Positions 1 through 15,875 of a stretch of 64,000 nt of DNA are shown here, one piece after another; the first letter of the stretch is position 1, and every line of letters starts with the position of its first letter. The DNA is taken from NCBI RefSeq assembly GCF_009914755.1, contig NC_060925.1; one strand, written 5' to 3'. This DNA comes from the human T2T-CHM13v2.0 reference genome, Homo sapiens. The notes below the pieces were generated by a model that was not told the DNA's origin, did no database searches, and saw nothing but the letters and a program-made list of their open reading frames with translations. Both the position numbers and the translations under genes were made by a program.

Positions 1-433
1 TAAAGTTATTTTTAATAGTATATAGAAATAACATTGATATTTGCTTATTGGCTTCATTTCCTGAGTCTTTGACAAATTTATTTTAGTTTCTTTCCCTTAG
101 ACGTTTCTGTGTACACAATCAAGCCATCTGTTAATAAAGGCAACTTTACTTCTGTGTGAATCTATATACCTTTTATTTATCTCTTATACCCCATTACCAT
201 ATTGACTAAGACTGCCAGTACAATGTTGAATAGAAATAGTAAAAGCAGACATTCTTTTCTTATTCCTGATCTTAGGGGGAAAGTGTCCAGTTTTCATCAT
301 TATGTATCACGTTAGCTCTAAGTTTTTCATAAATGCCCTTTTGGGGGTTAAGGAAGTTTTTTCTATTTCTATTTGTCAAGAGTTTTTTTTTTTTTTTTTC
401 ATTATAAATGAGTATTGAATTTGGTCAAATTCT

Positions 434-708
434 TTTTTTTTTTTTTTTTTTTTTTGAGATGGAGTTTCGCCCAGGCTGGAGTGCAGTGGCCAGCTTACTG
501 CAACCTCCGCCTCCCAGGTTCAAGCAATTCTCCTGTCTCAGCCTGCCGAGTAGCTGGGACTACAGGCTCCTGCCACCATGCCTGGCTAATTTTTTGTATT
601 TTTAGTAGAGACAGGGTTTCACTGTGCTAGCCAGGATGGTCTCGATCTCCTGACCTTGTGATCCGCCCGCCTCAGCCTCCCAAAGTGCTGGGAGGCCCGC
701 ACCTGGCC
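434..708 (-). mobile_element. Alu with several internal micro-deletions
   Basis: poly-T tail, Alu body, TSD tggtcaaattctttt. Confidence 0.9.
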
Positions 709-1650
709 TGGTCAAATTCTTTTTATGCATCTATCGAGATGATCACATGCTTTTCTCCTTGTTTTCCATTTGTGTTATCATTCTTTGTTCCTTTTTTCTG
801 CTTTTCCTACCTACTCTTAGATTGTATATTTTTAGTGTTGCAACTTATCTCCATTGTTTGACTAATTGTTTATTTTTTTCTTTTTATTTCTAGTGTTTGT
901 GCATTTTAACCACAGTCTACCTTTCAATATTATATGTAACTTCAAATACAATGTAAAAACATAGTATACTTCTGTTTTTCCTGTCCCATTCCTTATGTTA
1001 TTGTTACCATACAGTTTTCTTCTACATAAGTTATTCACCCCAAAATAAATGGTTGTTGTTTTTTATTTGTTTGTTTTTGCTCAAAGCAATTATCTTCTAA
1101 GAAAATAAAAAGTATTTTATATTTACACATGTATTTCTGGTGCTCTTCATTCTTTTGTATAGGTCTGAATTCCATTTGGTATCATTTTCCTTCAGCCTGA
1201 ATAATTTGCTTTAATATGTTTTAAAGTGAAAAATTATGGCAACAAATTCTCTCAACTCATCCCCAGCCCCAAGCAATCACTAATCTACTTTTTGTCTCTA
1301 TAGATTTGCCTTTTATGGACATTTCCTATAAATGGAATCATACAATATATGATTTTTTTGTGACTGGCTTTTTTTGCTTAGCAAAATGTTTTCAAGGCCA
1401 TCCATGTTGTAGCATGTATCAGTACTTCTTTCCTTTTTATTGCTAAATAATATTATATTGTATGGACATACCATGTGTTTAGCCATTCAACAGGTGATAC
1501 ACATTTGGGATATTTCCACTTTTTGGCTATAATGAATAATACTGCTAGGAACATTCATGTACAAGCTTTTGTGTGGACATATGTTTTCAATTATCTTCTG
1601 TATATACTTAGGAGAAGAATTGCTAGGTCTTATGGCAACTGTACGTTTAA

Positions 1651-2050
<400 letters not shown>

Positions 2051-2424
2051 GAGATTATCTAACTCTTTTATTAGAATTTGAAAGTTATCTCCATAGAGGC
2101 ATCACATATTCTTAAATAGTCCCTAGATGTTTAATGACTTTTATTGTTATTGTGGATAATAACTCATACTTATTTTTCATTGGTTTTGGCTGTTATAGAA
2201 AAATGCAATTGATTTTTGTAGGGTTATCTCATAGCCAGCAACCTTGCTGAATGCTCTTATTAGTCCTAATAATTGATACTGGGGTTTTTTGATAGCTTAA
2301 CAATCAATCAGATGTTATTGCTTTATTCATGTGTTTTTGCAAGGCACCGTGGTATGGACTAGAAAAGTTGGAATGACACATGAAAGACAATAGGAAAGTC
2401 ATTGTGAGGCAGGATGCTTTACTA

Positions 2425-2721
2425 AATTTTTTAAAGAGACAATAAACGACTTGCTCTGTCACTCAGGCTGGAGTGCACTGGCACAATCATAGCTCACTGA
2501 ACCCTTGAACTCCTGGGCTCAAGCAATCCTCCTGCCTCAGCCTCCCAAGTAGCTAAGACTACTGGCATGTGCCACCATGTCTGGCCAATTTTTAAATTTT
2601 TGGTAGAGATGAGTTCTCACTATGTTGCCCTTGCCAGTTTTGAACTACTGGCCTCAAGTGATCTTCTTGCCTCAGCCTCCCAAAGTGCTGGGATTACATA
2701 CGTAAGCCACAGTACCTGGCC
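2425..2721 (-). mobile_element. Alu (J-like)
   Basis: Diverged Alu consensus. Confidence 0.85.
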
Positions 2722-3839
2722 TATATTTTACTAATATTTTAAAACCTATTACTTTGCTCAGTTTTCCTTCTTGTATTTCAGCCTCTCCATCCAGGATCAT
2801 TTCCCTTAATAACAAACATGTAGGATTGATTGTGTTCCAGGCATTGTTCTTAGATATGTTTGTTCTATCTGAAGAACATCCTTTAGAATTTCTTTGGATC
2901 TCAGTTTTTGTTGTCTGCTTTTTGTTTTTTAGGGGGTGGGTGGGGGAGGGTGCAGTTGTTATTGGAAGGAATTGCTGGATAGAAGCATAGAAGTTCTTAA
3001 ACTCATGAGAGTATAAGCCATGTCTCAGGGAGAGAGCAGCAGTGGGAAAGAGGGAAAAGACAGAATCCTGGGGGGGCCCAGAGCTCACATATTGATCTTA
3101 TGATCCTTCCTTCAAGAGATGGTGCTCATGGGAACTGCAAGGCCAAGGGCCAGAGACAATGCAGTGGAGGTAACCTGGAGGGCTCTTGGGAGGAGGGTGC
3201 CAGCCTTGTGCCAGCAAGCACATGCCATGATGATGCCACACTTCTTTTATCCATCTTCTGTACCCCCCAAACCCAACCCTAGGAGGACAATGGATCTGCC
3301 CACAAATGACTAAATATTAACAAACTGTTCTGCTCCACCAGGAGACAGGGAAAGGAATGGGTGCTCCAGGCATCAGTGACTGATGGAGGGTGCAGCACAT
3401 AGAAGTCAACCGCTATGTTTACTGCTGGTATCAGATGTGGCTGCAATAAGCAAAGCCAAATGCCTGAGCAGAGCTGCTGGACCCAAAAGCTCAGAAAGAA
3501 AGGAACAGTGGGTCGACAGCTGCGGCCTTAGCTCCATCTTACCTTCCTCTGTCGTTGGATATCCCTTGTGGAGTCTATGGAAGTAGAAGGCTTTGAGGGC
3601 CTGGAAGCAGAGGACCGGGGAGACAGAGCCAGGAAGCTGCCTGGACCAGTCAGATTTCATGGCTCAAGAACACTGCTGTGACCATAGAGTTCTCAAACAG
3701 GAGTCAGAGGCCCAGGCCATATCTTTCATGCTTTTTTTCTGAAATGTACTGCTCTCCCCTGCCTCTCAACCAAGGCATCCTCCTCCTCTTTGTAGCCACC
3801 TGGAACCCTGTTTTCTTCCTTCTAGAATGAAGAACCATC

Positions 3840-3909
3840 TACAGAAAGCAACACATGAAACCATTTTCAAACTGACTTTAATCATGTTTTGCTGCCCAAA
3901 TACTGTACA
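3840..3909 (-). terminator. Distal polyadenylation signal
   Basis: ATTAAA (plus tttaat 3877-3882); upstream TGTA (plus 3906-3909); downstream TGTGTTGCTTTCTGT GU/U-rich element. Confidence 0.7.
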
Positions 3910-6900
3910 TGCAGAAGCCATGTGAAGAATTTTCTCCTCAAGGGAATTGGCAAGAATGTTGTACGAAACAGCCGGCAGTCCCTCCCAGCTGTGCACCTGC
4001 CACCCGGGAACCACAACAAGTTAGGAAAGATGCTGCACATAGAAAATGTATAGAGCACAGATATAAAAGGCTAATTGCTTCTTATCTAAACAGTGTGCTT
4101 GTCAGTCCCTATCAGCTATCTCTCTCTTTGCAGGATGCATTTGGAAAGTCTAAAAAAAGGGGTTCTTGCCTTCTGTGAGTTTACATGCTAAAGGAGTTGG
4201 TTGAGCTATCAGGCCCACTCTTCCTAAGGAAGCAGCTGCCCCACCTTCTGAAATGATGTCTGGTTAAAGACATTCTGGAGGGAGGAGTGGTCTTAAGAAG
4301 CAAACTACTTTGAAGGGAAATAAGTTCCCTCTCTCCTCCCATCAGAGAACATTTCCTTTAGAATTCTCAGATCTTCAACTCTCCCACTGATGTCATCCCA
4401 GAAGCAGAAATGAGGAAAGACCCAGCCTCATCTGCTGTTGGGGACACTGACTTACTCAGGATGTAGCGGAGGTTGTGACATCACATCAGCACCTTGAAAA
4501 TTGTCCATTGTAGATGACCCTTAATTATGTCTCATCATTACACAAGAATAAAAGAGGGAGGACAAACCACGAAGAGAGGAAAGCAGAGTCTGTTAGGATT
4601 CCCAGAGTTCTTGTCTGAGGCAGCATCTGGGCATGGACCAGATGAGAGCCTGCACCCAGCCTGGGCATCAGGGGCTGGAGGAAACCAGCCCACGGAGACA
4701 GGAACCAGGTGCACCAGGCTCGCAACCCTCATGTGCTCCAGATCAGAGACTTTTAATTAAAACTGGGAGGGAATCATGGGGAGAGCAGCTAATGCTCTGA
4801 TTTTGCAGATGAGGAAGTTGAGGCCCAGAAAAGTGAGGAGCCTTACCCAAGGTCACAGTTTCTGGTAAAACTGTACAGAACAGCCTTTGATTCCCTGTAG
4901 CCAGCTGTCCCTGTCCAGATCACTGGCTAATGGGGTGGATGCTCAGTTGCCCCTGGAATTCCCAAGCCCCATTCTGTTAGCCAAGCTGACTGGAACCCAG
5001 GCTCAGGGACCCTTCCTGGCATCATTGTGAACTCCTTGGGAGGCCCAAGGCCCTGTCCTTACTGGCCAAGTTTCCAACCAGAGCCCTGGAAGGGTTTCCC
5101 AAAGCAGAAACACTCATGCTTTTCAACAAGCACCTGCCCCAAGCCAATCTAGGCCCCTGAGAGAATGCAACTTTCTCTCACTGATGTGGCTTCCCTCACA
5201 GGCACAGCCATGCTGGGCCCACACAAGCCCAAGCTCAGGGTTCGGGGGGAGGGGAGGGAGGGAAAGTTGCTTTGCTACATGGAAAGATTAAGCCCTTTAT
5301 CAGAGAACAAGGTCCCACCATCGGGCATGCCAACATCTGAGCCACGTTTGTGCAACTCAGCCATCAGAGTTGGTGCCCAAGGAGGCCAAGTTGCTCTCTT
5401 TGGCATCACTGACATTGCTCTGAGATGCTCAGGCACGCTTTTAAAAGAATCCTTTCCCAGCCAGACCAGGCCAGTCCAGCCCCCATCAGGGCTCACCTGA
5501 TTGTGTGGGCTTCCCCTGCTCTTCAATCATGCTTGTTTTGTTTTGCCCCAACCTCTTCTGACGTGAGTGAAAAGGTTGAGGGAGAAGGCGGGGGGATGTG
5601 TCCACATTTTCATCTCCTCCCTGACTACTCAGTGAAAGACAGTCCAGTAGAAGAAGCAGCATTTTAAAGAATCTCTTTACATGTCAGGATACTGGAGAAG
5701 AAAACTCTGAGGAATGGAAGAGAAAGGTAGGAGGAGGCAGGGAAGCAGGGCTCTTCTTTTCCATCTCCCTGCAGCCACTGCAGAAACACTGCTGGACAAC
5801 CTTCTGGCCCTGAATGATGTGCCATCTCTCCAGCCAGGTGGAGGGCAACTCATCTACAACATCAAGCAAAGGCAGCAATTTCTTGCAGAGTTTGCACAGT
5901 GCTAGAGGCAACCAGAGAGACACAAAAGAGGAGCATCACTAAAGCCCCATTGCTTTCTGGGCTGAGGAAGATGGGGAATATGAGGTATTAGGAGGGCTGG
6001 AACCCCAGGGGAAGAGGAGCTCAGCAACTCCTGGGCAGCAGGGCATGGAAGAGGGACCCTGGTTGCATGTCAGGGCTCCTGGTAATGTAGGCTAAGATTG
6101 TGCTACATTTCATTTCCAAAGAAGTACCCTTGGAGGTCTTTATTGTCTTTAAAAATGGAGGCTTCTGCTCTCCTCAAGGCTGGCAGTAAAGAAGAGATCA
6201 GGCATGCTTCCCTGGTGGGTGGCATGACCATGGGAGGACTGGCTTGACCTCAGTGTTCTAACCGGCAGTGATTCCACAGAGGATGAGCTCTATGGGTGGC
6301 CTTTCTTGGAGCTCCTGGGTTCTGCCTCAGCCCCCATGAAATGCTGGCATTGCCTGGGACTTGCTGCATCCCAAGAGCCTCCTAAGTGCTCCTTTCCTAG
6401 TAGAATTGGGTGGTAGAAGAAACCAGATGGGGAGTCATTTTGGAGATGATTCTTCCCTGAAGGATCAAGTTCCCCTTGTCAAACCAAGACTTGGCTCCAT
6501 TTACTGGAGCCTTTTTCATACCAAAAACCCATTGCAGGGAAAAGGAGTCTATGAAGAAAGTGGGACAGAATGAACAGAGCAGAAATACAAAGACAGACGC
6601 TCTGAGTCATCCATCACTGTCCCTGCCCACAACCCAACATCACTGCAGGGCCACTCCTGTCTCTGCCATATGCACAGTGAACCTCGCCTGACCAGAGGAG
6701 GTGGAATGACAAAGAGCTCCATTCCTGTAACCACTGCAGGGTTTCATCTGGGCAAGGGGGCATTTGGAGCCGGGACACTGAACATGGCAGTGAGTTGGCC
6801 CCAGGGTGGGAGACTTCTGGAGGGATCATGTTCCTTCCTTCCCCACCCCCCGTCCTCAAACAGCAGATGCTCCCCCACCCCAGCAAACAACCAGGAGTTA

Positions 6901-9697
6901 CACTTGTGCATTCTCCTCTTCTGGGACAGGCTAGGTCCAGAGTGGCTTTTCAGACAAGCCCCTGCATCCATGATGCTGAGAAACAGACCCTTAAGTGCAG
7001 CCACACTGCATCACACAGACGTGTCAGCCTCACACAACTTTACCCTCATGGGGTAAAATCCAGGTGGGGATGAGTAACTTATTTGGTGCAAAGGGTTAAA
7101 AGAATAATTCCCCAAGGTCAATTTGGGGAGGAAATTACCTTCTTTTAGAGAGGTGGAATAGTGGAGTGGCCCAACTGCTGAGCAGTTTTGGCAGCCAGGG
7201 ACTGTAGGTAGGTCAGCCCAAGTTACCAGCACATCAGACCCCTCCTCCAGCTAGAACCTCCCCTGTGCTAACCCTTCCCCAGAGGCAAGGGTCACCACGG
7301 CCTGGAACCCCCAGTGGCAGGCCTCTCTGCAGGCAGCTCCCCACCAGAGGAATGAGGGTATGGGTAGCCCCCACTTCCTGGGGTGACTGCTGGTCTGGGT
7401 ATCACCACTCAGTGCTACATCCACAAACATCTATACTGTCCTGTGGGTCACTAACAACCCTATCATCCCAAAGGTGTAGAGTATTTTCGCAACACCCTGA
7501 CAGTGACTGCTCTAGAGGTGAATATATCATAAACAGGAGATTAAAATACCCTTTTGCAACGGAGTTTCCTTCTTGATCCCCCACTAGGGTCGAGGAGGAC
7601 AGAGCCCTTTGTCCATTTCCAAGAACTTGACGAACGCAATGGGCCTGGGGAGAGCATTTCCGCCTAAAGAGAAAATTCAGCCCAGTGGCCTCCTCCCCAT
7701 CTCTATGCACCCAATGGTCCCTTTCTCTGATAATATAAGAATAGAGGCTCAGGCAGAGGTAGGAGCCTGGGAGCTAACTCCGTTCATTTCCTTCCTGCCC
7801 TTACCCACTTCTTGTCCTGTGGGCAGGCCAGGTGGGGTTCTGGCTTCTTCCCCTATCTTTCTTGGGAGGTGTTATAAGACTCTGGCTTCAACGTAACACA
7901 GAACCATGCCAGCCAAGGAGGCCCTTTGGGCTGAGATGACCTATCCATAAGGCGCCACTGCCTCCATGCCCCTACAACTTTGGTTATGAATGGAGGCCCC
8001 AAGTCATTCAGACCCCAAGACCTTTCTACTGCTACCCCAGGTAGCGTACCCCTGCCTCAGGTGCTGGGGCCACAGCCATTTCAGCACCTGGGGATAATGC
8101 CTGGAGAGAGGTGGAAAGAGTGCCTTCCACACACCTCCACTGTCCTGCTGCTTTCTCCCCTACCAGATACAAACCCAAGGGCTGCTCTGTCCATGTCCTG
8201 TGCAACCTCTCGCCTTTCACCCTAGAGCTGAGGAGGGACAGGGACAGGTCTGGGCATTCCTGAGTCAGACTTCAGGATTCCCACGGGACAGATTTCACAG
8301 GGTCCAGTTCAGGCACTGGTCTCCACCAACAGGGCCCAGTTGTCAAATCAAGTCAGGGTTTGAGTGGCTGTGAGAAGCTCCAACCAGACATGGGTGAGAA
8401 AGCAAGCAGAGGCAGGTGGGTGCCTGGAGCAGATGGCTCTGCAGAGGGCAGCAGTGGGGCACAGGAAAGCAGGGAAGCCCGGAGGGGTAAGTATTGCTTA
8501 GACAGAGCTGGTGATGGTGGCAGACGAGAGTCCGGAGCCAGGCTGCTGGAGCCCAGCTAAGTCTGAGCTCCCAGACAGGGACCCTGGTCTGGAAATGCAC
8601 AAAAACTGGAGCCCCAAATGAACAACTTCATGCAGCGAATCCCCAAATGTCAGATGGGATCCTCAACAGTGGCGGGGAACAACTCAGCCTCAGCCCTCCT
8701 TATTCCAGCAAACAGCCCTACCCACAGAACCTCCTTACCGAGTCATGCCCACCAGGAATGAGCCCTGAGGGGGTCAGGGCCACCCTCAGGGCCTCAGGAG
8801 GACTGTTTGCTTTAGCAGATAACATGCCCTCTGTGGCTGCCTGCCCAGGCCCACTGGCAGAGCTCCTTCGGCACGGTGGAGTGGGGAGGCTTGAAGAGAC
8901 AGGAGATGAAGAACAAATGCTAAGGGGGCACCTGGCCAGGAACCCTGGAACCAAGACCTCGTGCTTCACTGGAAGAAGGAGGAGGTTCCAGCCTCATAGA
9001 GAAAGTCATTTCTAAGCCCTCAGTCCCCTGGGTACCCTCTGCCTCCCCAGGGCCCTGGCCAGGGAGCTAGGTGGGCATGCTACATGCTGCAGAACGCATT
9101 CAGTGGCAGGAAGAGCTGCCGGAGCGGCTCCAGTGGGGTGGGGTTCCCAGAGGGCCCTCAGTGTGGCCAGCTGCAGCGGATGCTACATTTCTCAGAAAAC
9201 AGTGGCAGAGCCGGGAGAGTCAAGAGTGGAACAAAAGACAAGACAGAAAACAAAGCAGAGACCACCAGGAGCAGGCACAGGTGAAGAACACACAGGCTCT
9301 GCCCCAGGCCAGGACCAGGCAGCACCGACCAGTGGCCGCATGCCCCACCTCCATCCCTGGAGACTCCTCAGGGTGAGTCATGTCCACACAACACTCCTTT
9401 GGGTTTCTTTTCAACAAGACACAAAGAGACGTGGAGACATTTCAGCCCATATCATCACCAGGAGTGACTATACCCAGACAAATGAACAGATAGAACGTGG
9501 TCACGTACACACACACACACACGCACACACACACGCACACACTACAGTCTCCACTGCCAGCTGGGATGAGCCCAGTAGCCAACAGGCATGCAGCAGGACA
9601 AGGGGTCCAGAAAGACACGAAGACTATGTACAGGGGAGGACATGGGGCCAGCAGGCACCCCTCCCCACACCACCATCCTGGCCTCTTCCTGACATCC
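3860..9697 (-). other. RIMS3: RIMS3 long 3'UTR (~5.8 kb)
   Basis: Alu-free unique sequence from the stop codon to the distal poly(A) signal; end approximate. Confidence 0.75.
9507..9542. repeat. (CA)n microsatellite, i.e. (UG)n in the RIMS3 3'UTR
   Basis: Directly visible; two CG interruptions. Confidence 0.95.
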
Positions 9698-9910
9698 TTA
9701 AGAGCATGAGGGGCTGGTGGCACTCTCCAGGGAAGACTGGGACAGGCGCCTGGTGAGGGATCCGAGTGTGGAGTCTGCCACTGAGGAGGTGGGGAAGAGT
9801 TTGTACCAGCCGGTGACCGCGGCGCTGAGGTCCAGCTCGTCCAGCATGATCTGGGCCATGCCCATGAAGCACTTGTGGTCCATGCGGCCATAGTCTCCCC
9901 AGACGATCAC
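9698..9910 (-). CDS. RIMS3: RIMS3 last coding exon (exon 8) with TAA stop
   Basis: VIVWGDYGRMDHKCFMG...RRLSQSSLESATSPSCS*; acceptor cctggcag|; 213 nt; total CDS 927 nt. Confidence 0.97.
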   Translation of the reverse strand: MIVWGDYGRMDHKCFMGMAQIMLDELDLSAAVTGWYKLFPTSSVADSTLGSLTRRLSQSSLESATSPSCS

Positions 9911-10283
9911 CTGCCAGGAGGAAGAGAGGGAGGGAGTGAGCCACCTCCCTGACTCCAGGACTGTGCAGCAGGCCTAGGAACCTACACGTTTCAGCAGGGC
10001 ACAGATGGAGCAGAGGGAGCCAGAACTCAAGACTGATTTCACACAATAATTTACTGAGCACTTGAGGTGTGTTAGATACGATCCTATGGATTTTACCTAG
10101 ATTCTTTCTTTCAATTGTTATAACAAGCCATGTAGGTAGGGGTGCTCTGTATCATTATTTCCATGAAGGAAACTGTAGCTCAGAAAGGTTAATTAGCTAA
10201 CCTAAAGTTGCACAGTAACTTGTGGCAGAGCTTGGATTAGGACCTGGGTGTGTGACTCCAGAGCCTCCCAGCATTTCAGATAA

Positions 10284-11082
<799 letters not shown>

Positions 11083-11989
11083 CTCTGCAGTTTAAATTTG
11101 CAACTCCAAGGCCCCTTGCCACAGAACCATCTCAGCCCAGAGGAGCAGCCCTAGATGAGAAGTTGGATGGCCCAGACAGCCCCTGGCTCTAGCCTCTTCT
11201 CTCTCACCTCCATGGCCTCAGGCAAGATCAGCAGCCACCACCATGATTGTTAATACTTAGTGAGTAGCTGTTTATGTGGCAGGCCCTATGTAAGGCTCCC
11301 TACATGCAATCCTCTGTTTAATAGTCACATCTACCCGTGGCTAATGAGTGCTGAGCTGGAATCTGAACCTAGGACTGAGCCCAGAGACTGATCCACCACT
11401 GTGCTTTATCCCCACGTGACCTCAGGTTCTTCATCTATGAAACGAGCATGAAGATCCCTCCCTCCCAGGACTGTTGAGAAGGGCTAACAATACCAAGTGT
11501 GCAGAAGGCCTTTGTTGCTCTCAAGTAATTGGGATGACAGTCACCTGGCCTGGGCTCACCCCAAGCAAGTGACTTCATCTGTAAGAGACTCGGTTTCCGT
11601 AAAGTGAAGAGAATCACACCTACTCCACAGGATCATCTGCAGGATGAAATGAGGTCGTGTTTGGAAAGCACCTAACACAAGGCTTGGCACTGAACTGATG
11701 TGCAATGAACATTAGCACTAGGGGAAGGAGGAGGCAGTGGTCACATGTGTCCTGGTTCTACCTACCAGCTGTGCAACCTGGGGAGCAATTTGATTACCCC
11801 CAAAACCTTGGTTTCCTTATGAATCAACTGGGGACAGTAATACCTCACAGGGTTGTGAAAGTAAATGAGTAACGCAAATTAATGCACCTACCACAGCACC
11901 TGGCACAGGATGAATCATAAATGAAAAACTTTAAATTACAACTTCCAGTCTGTGAGTCCACCCTGCCCTACTTGCCCTGTGACACCCAC

Positions 11990-12129
11990 CTGCAGCACCT
12001 TGCCCTGGGGTCCCTCGTCAAAGAGCAGAGCCTGCTGGTACAGGGGATCACAGGTCTTCTTGGTCATCTTTGTCTTCTTCTTGGCCAAGCAGGCCCCATT
12101 CTCCAGCAGGTAAACCTTGATATAGGTGG
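11990..12129 (-). CDS. RIMS3: RIMS3 coding exon 7 (C2B domain, KKKTK basic cluster)
   Basis: ATYIKVYLLENGACLAKKKTKMTKKTCDPLYQQALLFDEGPQGKVLQ; cccttag| and CAG|gtgggt; 140 nt. Confidence 0.97.
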
Positions 12130-12450
12130 CTAAGGGAGGAGAGAATGTATGACAGGGAGGGGTCCAGGACAGACAGCTTTGGCCTGCCCATCCCCTAACT
12201 GCCAGGTGATCTTGGAGGTGAGCAGGATGTGTGGAATGAGCCAGCCAGTGGACAGCAGGCAGAAGAGGTGACTCAAGTACTGATTCCTCCATCCTCCCTT
12301 ACTCCCCCACCTAGTCACTGGCCTTCCAGGCAAGCTGTGACTCCACTGTAAAGAATCCCGATTTAGGCCAGTGGGAGCTGAGGACCTGCTAGACCCAGAG
12401 CTCGGCTCTATGCCCCTCCCTGTCAGGACCCCATTTCCAAAATCCCTCAC

Positions 12451-12552
12451 CTGGGAGGGATTTGGAGCCTGGTTTGGGGGTCAGGCCCCGAGCTTCAATC
12501 ACTTCCACCTCCAGCTGGCCACTCCGGTCCATGATGGCAATGTGCACATCTC
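12451..12552 (-). CDS. RIMS3: RIMS3 coding exon 6 (start of C2B domain)
   Basis: GDVHIAIMDRSGQLEVEVIEARGLTPKPGSKSLP; cctttcag| and G|gtgagg; 102 nt. Confidence 0.97.
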
Positions 12553-12974
12553 CTGAAAGGAAGAAGAGGGTGAGTCCAGGCAGGGCCAGACCAAGGGGCA
12601 GGCCAGCCAGCTGCTGTACTGAATGCCAGCCTGTGGAGGAGGCTACATCATCACTAGAAAGGGAACAAGATGGCACCAACCACATGGGCCAAAACTGCTC
12701 TCGGAAGACCACTTTAAAGCAGCTGAGGGACCCTTTGATAGGTCCCTTGGGGTGGGTTGGGGTAGGGGCATGATCTTCAGGGGCATGACTGGGTAACAAC
12801 AGATGGCTGCCAAACCCCCATTTGTGTCTGGCTAACTGAGAGGCTTCTGTTTTACTGAGCAGAATAGCAAACTTGAGGACAGAGCTTCCTGTGTCAGGAA
12901 GACAGGGGAGGCTGTGGGCTCAGTGGCTGTTCTTCACCTCCCCATACATCTGTGTCAAAAGAACATCCGTTTGA

Positions 12975-13290
12975 GGCCGGGCGCAGTGGCTCACACCTGT
13001 AATCCCAACACTTTGGGAGGCAGAGGCGGGCAGATCATGAGGTCAGGAGATCAAGACCATTCTGGCTAACATGGTGAAACCCCATCTCTACTAAAAATAC
13101 AAAAAATTAGCCAGGCATGGTGGTGTGCACCTGTAGTCCCAGCTACTTGGGAGGCTGAGGAGAATCACTTGAACCCAGGAAGTGGAGGTTGTAGTGGGCC
13201 AAGATTGCACCACAGCACTCCGGCCTGGGTGACGAGGAAGACTCCGTCTCAAAAAAAAAAAAAAAAAGAAAGAAAGAAGAAAAGAAAGAA
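12975..13290 (+). mobile_element. Alu (S-like)
   Basis: GGCCGGGCGC start, A tail, TSD aacatc(c/t)gtttga. Confidence 0.9.
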
Positions 13291-14499
13291 CATCTGTTTG
13301 AAAAGGCTCTGAGCTAAAAACCTGCCCAGGACACGAGGCACTACCAGACAACAAGGGCCTACTACTGCATTACCAGTGGAGGGAGGGAAGGCCAGCAGAC
13401 TTTCTGGGTGTGGACGGCTGAGAAATCTTCACTGTACTCCCACAGAATGGATTATCCAGCCGGGGCAAGGTCTGTGTGTGGAGTTATGTCAGTTACCTGA
13501 TTTCTAGGAACTCTTAGTTTTGTTCAACATTGGTTGGCAGAATTTGGAATTATGTAGTAGTCAGTCACTCAGAACAAAGTGAAGTCTTTTACAGGGGTGC
13601 AGAATCATAAGCCTGGTCCACAAGAATCAAATGGGCCAGACTTTGAATTCAGTCACCCATTTTTAGATTATCTGAGCCATCATGAAATTGTTTGTATTTG
13701 TGTACTACGGAAGATGGGGATTTGCTAATTTCAAGAGACCTCCTGGAATTCATCCACCTCCATCCAGCTATTCCTGACCTCCTTGTGGGGAAGGGAGAAG
13801 GGAAGGTCTTAGGAATTAATCTCCAGTAACATCACTACCGAGGTGAGCAAGGCAAACCTGTCCTTCCCTGGTCTGACACCAGGGGGTACCACACACGAAT
13901 GGTCCCGGCTGCCATGGCGCATTAGCCTTGTGGAAGTGGCTGGCTCCTCTCACTGCTGCCCAGCCTGTGGCTGGGTCTAGGGCTGGGAAAAGCAGGCTCC
14001 CCAGACCCTTAAGAGACTGAAAACAAGGGTCCAGCCCTAGAATTGGATTTGGCTAATTCCCAGCCTTTGCTTTCAGCTGATCCTTGCCCTCTGAGGGTCC
14101 CCATCATCTCCTGTTCCAGCAGGCAGGAGCTCCTGGGCAGGAGCTTTTGAGGGCATTGCAGTGGAAGGAGTCCTGGCCTGGAGTGGAACCCCAGCTCCAC
14201 TGCATGACTCACAGCAGGACACTGCACTTGGCTTCCTCATTTGCTGGGAGGGTCAAAGGTTGAGCACTGTCCTGATGGGGGCTGAGTGGGGACGTGTGGG
14301 TCAGGTGCTGCTCAGGTCAGACTGATGGGAAAGGAGTGGAGGCGAGGAGGCACCTCTGGAGGAGCTATCCTGGGGAGGAGCTGCTGGAAGCCAACACAGC
14401 CAACACCTAAGAGAGGGAGGGGGCAGGGAGGTTCTGTCTGAGAGCTCATGAAATGGGCCAGACTGAAGCTAACAGGACCAAGCGTAGGCTTCAGGTAGT

Positions 14500-15875
<1,376 letters not shown>

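Noticed and set aside
9690-9700. Stop-codon readthrough
   Set aside because: TAA followed by GGA is not a leaky context
9103-9756. 217-aa plus-strand ORF antisense to the last exon
   Set aside because: Runs through the (CA)n repeat; non-ATG start; no domain
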